Assembly (NCBI GenBank): GCA_964432215.1
Contig: CAYSMP010000001.1
Location: forward strand, 2,292 to 66,291
DNA from: an uncultured Sangeribacter sp.
GTDB taxonomy: Bacteria > Bacteroidota > Bacteroidia > Bacteroidales > Muribaculaceae
Direction of reading: 5' to 3'
Length of the DNA: 64,000 nucleotides
The notes below the pieces were generated by a model. The model searched no databases and was not told the origin of the DNA. It saw only the letters and a list, made by a program, of their open reading frames with translations. Both the position numbers and the translations under genes were made by a program. Below are positions 60,451 to 64,000 of this stretch, piece after piece. Each line of letters begins with the position of its first letter. Within the stretch, counting starts at the first letter, position 1.

Positions 60451-62443
60451 AGAAAGAATAAAAGAGCTAAGAGATAAGCTCAATTTGCATAATCATAACT
60501 ACTATGTACTCAATTCACCGATCTTATCAGATAAGGAGTTTGATATGATGATGAAGGAGTTGGAAGCCCTTGAGAAAGAGAATCCTCATTTGGACGACCC
60601 TCTTTCTCCTACGCGTCGGGTCGGTTCTGACTTGACAAAAGGTTTCGAGCATGTAGTCCATGAGCGTCCTATGCTTTCGCTCTCTAATACATATACTGTT
60701 GGCGAAGTTGATGATTGGTTTGAACGTATCCGTAAAGGACTTGAAGGAGAAACTTTTGAAATTATAGGAGAAATGAAGTACGACGGCACATCAATTTCTC
60801 TTACATATGAGAATGGTCGTCTCATCCGTGCCGTCACTCGAGGCGATGGTACTCAAGGAGATGACGTGACAGCCAATGTAAAGACTATCCGAAGTATACC
60901 CCTCGTTCTTCAGCCAGGTGATTGGCCCAAAAAGTTTGAGATTCGTGGAGAGATTCTTATGCCTTGGAAGGTGTTTGATGAGCTTAATCGAGAACGCGAA
61001 TACAATGAAGAACCACTTTTTGCTAATCCTCGGAATGCCGCAAGCGGCACTCTAAAGACTCAGGATCCACGTGAAGTGGCTAAGCGTAGGCTTGACGCAA
61101 TTTTCTATTATCTTTTATCCGACGATCTTCCTTATGATACCCATTATGCTAATATGGAAGCTGCCAGACACTGGGGATTCAAGGTTTCGGGTGAGATGAA
61201 GATTCTCCATTCCGTAGTGGAAGTGGATACATATATAGAGTATTGGGACTCTGCGCGTAAGCAACTCCCTGTGGCTACTGATGGACTTGTGTTTAAGGTC
61301 AATTCACTTCGTCAGCAACTAAATCTTGGTTATACAGCCAAATCTCCTCGATGGGCGGTAGCTTTCAAATTTAATCCGGAGAATGCCTGCACCCAGCTTC
61401 GTCATGTAAGTTTTGAAACTGGACGCATGGGTATTGTTACACCTGTTGCAAATCTTGATCCTGTACTTCTTTCCGGAACCATTGTAAAGCGGGCATCTCT
61501 ACATAATGATGACATCATGAAAGAACTTGACATTCATGATCATGATTGGCTATATGTAGAGAAAGGTGGGGAGATTATTCCTAAGATTACTGGAGTGGAT
61601 GTGGAGCGTCGGGAATCTGGAAGCCATCGCGTTGATTTTGTCACTCATTGTCCGGAATGCGGTACTCCACTCGTCAATAAAGAAGGTGATGCCGCTTGGA
61701 TATGTCCGAACAAATATGGATGTCGTCCGCAAATCACAGGCAGAATAGAGCATTTCTGTGCCAGGCGAATGATGGACATCGATGGTGTGGGTGAGGAGAC
61801 GGCTGAGTTGCTATATGATAAGGGTCTTGTGAGAATTCCAGCCGATCTATATGATCTAACTAAAGAACAACTTTCCATACTTGACCGATTTGGAGATAAA
61901 AGTGCTGAAAGAATTCTTAACGGGCTTGAGGCATCAAAACATGTGCCTTTCGAACGTGTAGTCTACGCATTGTCGATCCCTAATGTGGGCGAGACCACTT
62001 CCAAACGAGTATCAAAGAGTGTGAAAAGTATGGAGCGCATGCAGCAGATGAGTGTAGAGGAACTACAGGCCATTCCGGATGTAGGTCCTATTGTAGCTCA
62101 AGGTATTTTTGACTATCTTCGCGATCCTATCAACGTCGAAAATATTGAGCGTCTTAAAGCTGCAGGACTACAGATGCAACTCACAGAGGAGAAAATGCAA
62201 CCAGTCGGCAATGCGCTTGACGGGCAAACAATTGTGATTTCCGGTACTTTTGCTCATCATAGCCGTGAGGAATATAAAGATATGATAGAGCAAAATGGAG
62301 GCAAGAACGTAGGAAGTATATCCAAGAAAACCTCCTTTGTCCTTGCCGGCGATAATATGGGGCCAGCGAAACTTGAAAAGTGCCAAAAACTTGGTATTCC
62401 CATTGTTTCTGAAGACGAGTTTCTCCAGAAACTCTCCTCCTAA
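60440..62443 (+). CDS. ligA: NAD-dependent DNA ligase
   Basis: KYDG adenylation motif, TRGDG, ANPRNAA.G, zinc finger, HhH repeats, BRCT. Start at MTAEE. Confidence 0.97.
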   Translation: MTAEERIKELRDKLNLHNHNYYVLNSPILSDKEFDMMMKELEALEKENPHLDDPLSPTRRVGSDLTKGFEHVVHERPMLSLSNTYTVGEVDDWFERIRKGLEGETFEIIGEMKYDGTSISLTYENGRLIRAVTRGDGTQGDDVTANVKTIRSIPLVLQPGDWPKKFEIRGEILMPWKVFDELNREREYNEEPLFANPRNAASGTLKTQDPREVAKRRLDAIFYYLLSDDLPYDTHYANMEAARHWGFKVSGEMKILHSVVEVDTYIEYWDSARKQLPVATDGLVFKVNSLRQQLNLGYTAKSPRWAVAFKFNPENACTQLRHVSFETGRMGIVTPVANLDPVLLSGTIVKRASLHNDDIMKELDIHDHDWLYVEKGGEIIPKITGVDVERRESGSHRVDFVTHCPECGTPLVNKEGDAAWICPNKYGCRPQITGRIEHFCARRMMDIDGVGEETAELLYDKGLVRIPADLYDLTKEQLSILDRFGDKSAERILNGLEASKHVPFERVVYALSIPNVGETTSKRVSKSVKSMERMQQMSVEELQAIPDVGPIVAQGIFDYLRDPINVENIERLKAAGLQMQLTEEKMQPVGNALDGQTIVISGTFAHHSREEYKDMIEQNGGKNVGSISKKTSFVLAGDNMGPAKLEKCQKLGIPIVSEDEFLQKLSS

Positions 62444-62533
62444 TGAAGTCTATACGACTTCATTGCCAAAGATAATTAATTATATTTTTTAGTTTTTTGA
62501 TATTCATGAATAGGGTTGTGACTATGTCGTTAT

Positions 62534-63118
62534 TTATAATATTCCTACTGATTTGAATAGCTCAGCATAGTACTCAGCTTTTTTCTCTATTTTCATAGGG
62601 TATGCACGGCTTGTGGATGGCATTCGCCATATTCGCAGGCCGTCGCTTGATTCTACCATTTCTCCCATTTTGGGTCGTTGGGTCTCTGTCAGTTCTGCTA
62701 TGACTTCAGCTGCTTTTTCCCCGGTCGTGGCTATAGTATGGCATTCAGGAATTTCCCTTAAAATATCAAAAAGAGGGACCGGTCTAAGAATTTCAAGAAA
62801 TTTGTCGGATGCATTCCCTTTTAGTCGACGCACTTCTCTTGCTGTGTCGTGCATAGCAATGTGGTGGGTGGCCATAAGCTTGCGGCATTCATCTTCGCGA
62901 AAGCATTTGTGTTCCTGGTCATAAAGTGCATTCTTGTCTCCCAAGAAAAGCATGCCACATATTCGCCAATAATCATTGATGGGATTAGGGTAATAGAAAT
63001 TCATACTCCAGCGGTGTTCACCTGGAGGAAATGTTCCCATCATAAGCACCTTTGCTCCCTTTGGAAGAAAAGGAGGAAAAGGATGCGTCTCTATTATCAA
63101 TTCTTCATTCTTGTCCAT
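62534..63118 (-). CDS. Uracil-DNA glycosylase family (MUG/HDG-like) protein
   Basis: HPFPPF, LMMGTFPP, FYYPN..N.YW, TTGEKA, MPSTS. Confidence 0.85.
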   Translation of the reverse strand: MDKNEELIIETHPFPPFLPKGAKVLMMGTFPPGEHRWSMNFYYPNPINDYWRICGMLFLGDKNALYDQEHKCFREDECRKLMATHHIAMHDTAREVRRLKGNASDKFLEILRPVPLFDILREIPECHTIATTGEKAAEVIAELTETQRPKMGEMVESSDGLRIWRMPSTSRAYPMKIEKKAEYYAELFKSVGIL

Positions 63119-63120
63119 TT

Positions 63121-64000
63121 CTATAACAATGAAAGATATCGTTCGCCAGTATCGGGAAGAATCATAACAATAGTCTTCCCCTTATTCTCTTCTTTTCGTG
63201 CTTTCTTCAGAGCTGCAGCAAGAGCTGCTCCAGAAGATGTTCCTGCAAAGACACCCTCTTTTAGAGCCAGCATTTTCTGGCATTTAAAGGCTTCTTCGTC
63301 TGAAATTCTTTCCACTTCATCGATCAAATTCAAATTAAGATTGTCGGGTATGAATCCAGCCCCAATACCCTGTATTTTATGAGCACCGGCGCTTCCACCG
63401 GATATGACAGGAGATTTTTCAGGTTCTACTGCAATCACTTTAATTTCTGGATTATAATTCTTTAATGTTCGAGCAGTTCCGGTTAGTGTGCCCCCTGAAC
63501 CAACTCCAGCTACGAATATGTCAACTTGTCCATCTGTATCACTCCATATTTCTTCAGCGGTGGTTCTTGAGTGGATTGCCGGATTTGCAGGATTATCAAA
63601 TTGGCTCATGATGATACAGTCAGGAATTTCTTTATTCAGTTCAATAGCTTTTACGATAGAACCTTTCATACCATCTTTACCAGATGTCAGTACTAATTCA
63701 GCACCAAGAGCCGTCAGCAATTTCTTACGCTCATCGCTCATCGTTTCCGGCATGCATAATATGACACGATATCCTTTTGAAACCCCAATCCATGTTAAGC
63801 CTATACCTGTATTTCCACTTGTGGGTTCAATGATAGTTCCTCCAGGTCTCAAGCGTCCTGAGGCTTCAGCATCGTCAATCATGGCTTTTGCGATGCGGTC
63901 TTTGATACTTCCACCGGGATTGAAAGATTCAATCTTAGCAATCAAGCGGCAATCAATATTTTCAGCATTTTCTATATTTTTCAATTCAAGCAGGGGAGTA
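63121..64000 (-). CDS. cysK: Cysteine synthase A (5' end lies beyond the window)
   Basis: FNPGGSIKDR, EPTSGNTGIG, GVGSGGT, HKIQGIGAG, PDTGERYLS. The frame continues TPLLELK to the window edge. Confidence 0.96.
   Translation of the reverse strand, partial: TPLLELKNIENAENIDCRLIAKIESFNPGGSIKDRIAKAMIDDAEASGRLRPGGTIIEPTSGNTGIGLTWIGVSKGYRVILCMPETMSDERKKLLTALGAELVLTSGKDGMKGSIVKAIELNKEIPDCIIMSQFDNPANPAIHSRTTAEEIWSDTDGQVDIFVAGVGSGGTLTGTARTLKNYNPEIKVIAVEPEKSPVISGGSAGAHKIQGIGAGFIPDNLNLNLIDEVERISDEEAFKCQKMLALKEGVFAGTSSGAALAAALKKARKEENKGKTIVMILPDTGERYLSLL

Overview
Chromosomal window from a Bacteroidales genome. The gene content and the many TAnnTTTG (-7) promoters fit a gut Muribaculaceae/Prevotella-like organism, but that assignment is inference. 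About 58 kb is housekeeping or metabolic: clpS-clpA-aat, ddl-ileS-lspA, comEC-aroE-pepO-ABC-F-pyrG, prfC, trpB2, serC-serA, two ECF sigma factors, rubrerythrin, scattered CAZymes (PL9, GH28, GH115, GH43-CBM6-GH8, GH43-ricin) and a long mnmA-argR-argC-like-ssb-speA-truA-ligA run. No rRNA, tRNA, CRISPR array, integrase or transposase was seen. Two regions stand out. (1) The first ~4.5 kb is an accessory, compositionally mosaic locus. It encodes a UDG-superfamily-like protein, a TIR/DUF4062-like-TPR protein, two paralogous 68-aa zinc-ribbon microproteins each followed by a conserved non-coding element, and a frameshifted HNH-like nuclease remnant between them. It is a candidate undescribed defence/conflict cassette locus. 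(2) An intact argR-argC-like pair in which ArgR has lost the arginine-binding Asp-Asp and ArgC has lost its catalytic Cys and several cofactor/substrate motifs, suggesting a repurposed module upstream of speA. All family assignments come from motif recognition by eye; no database searches were run.
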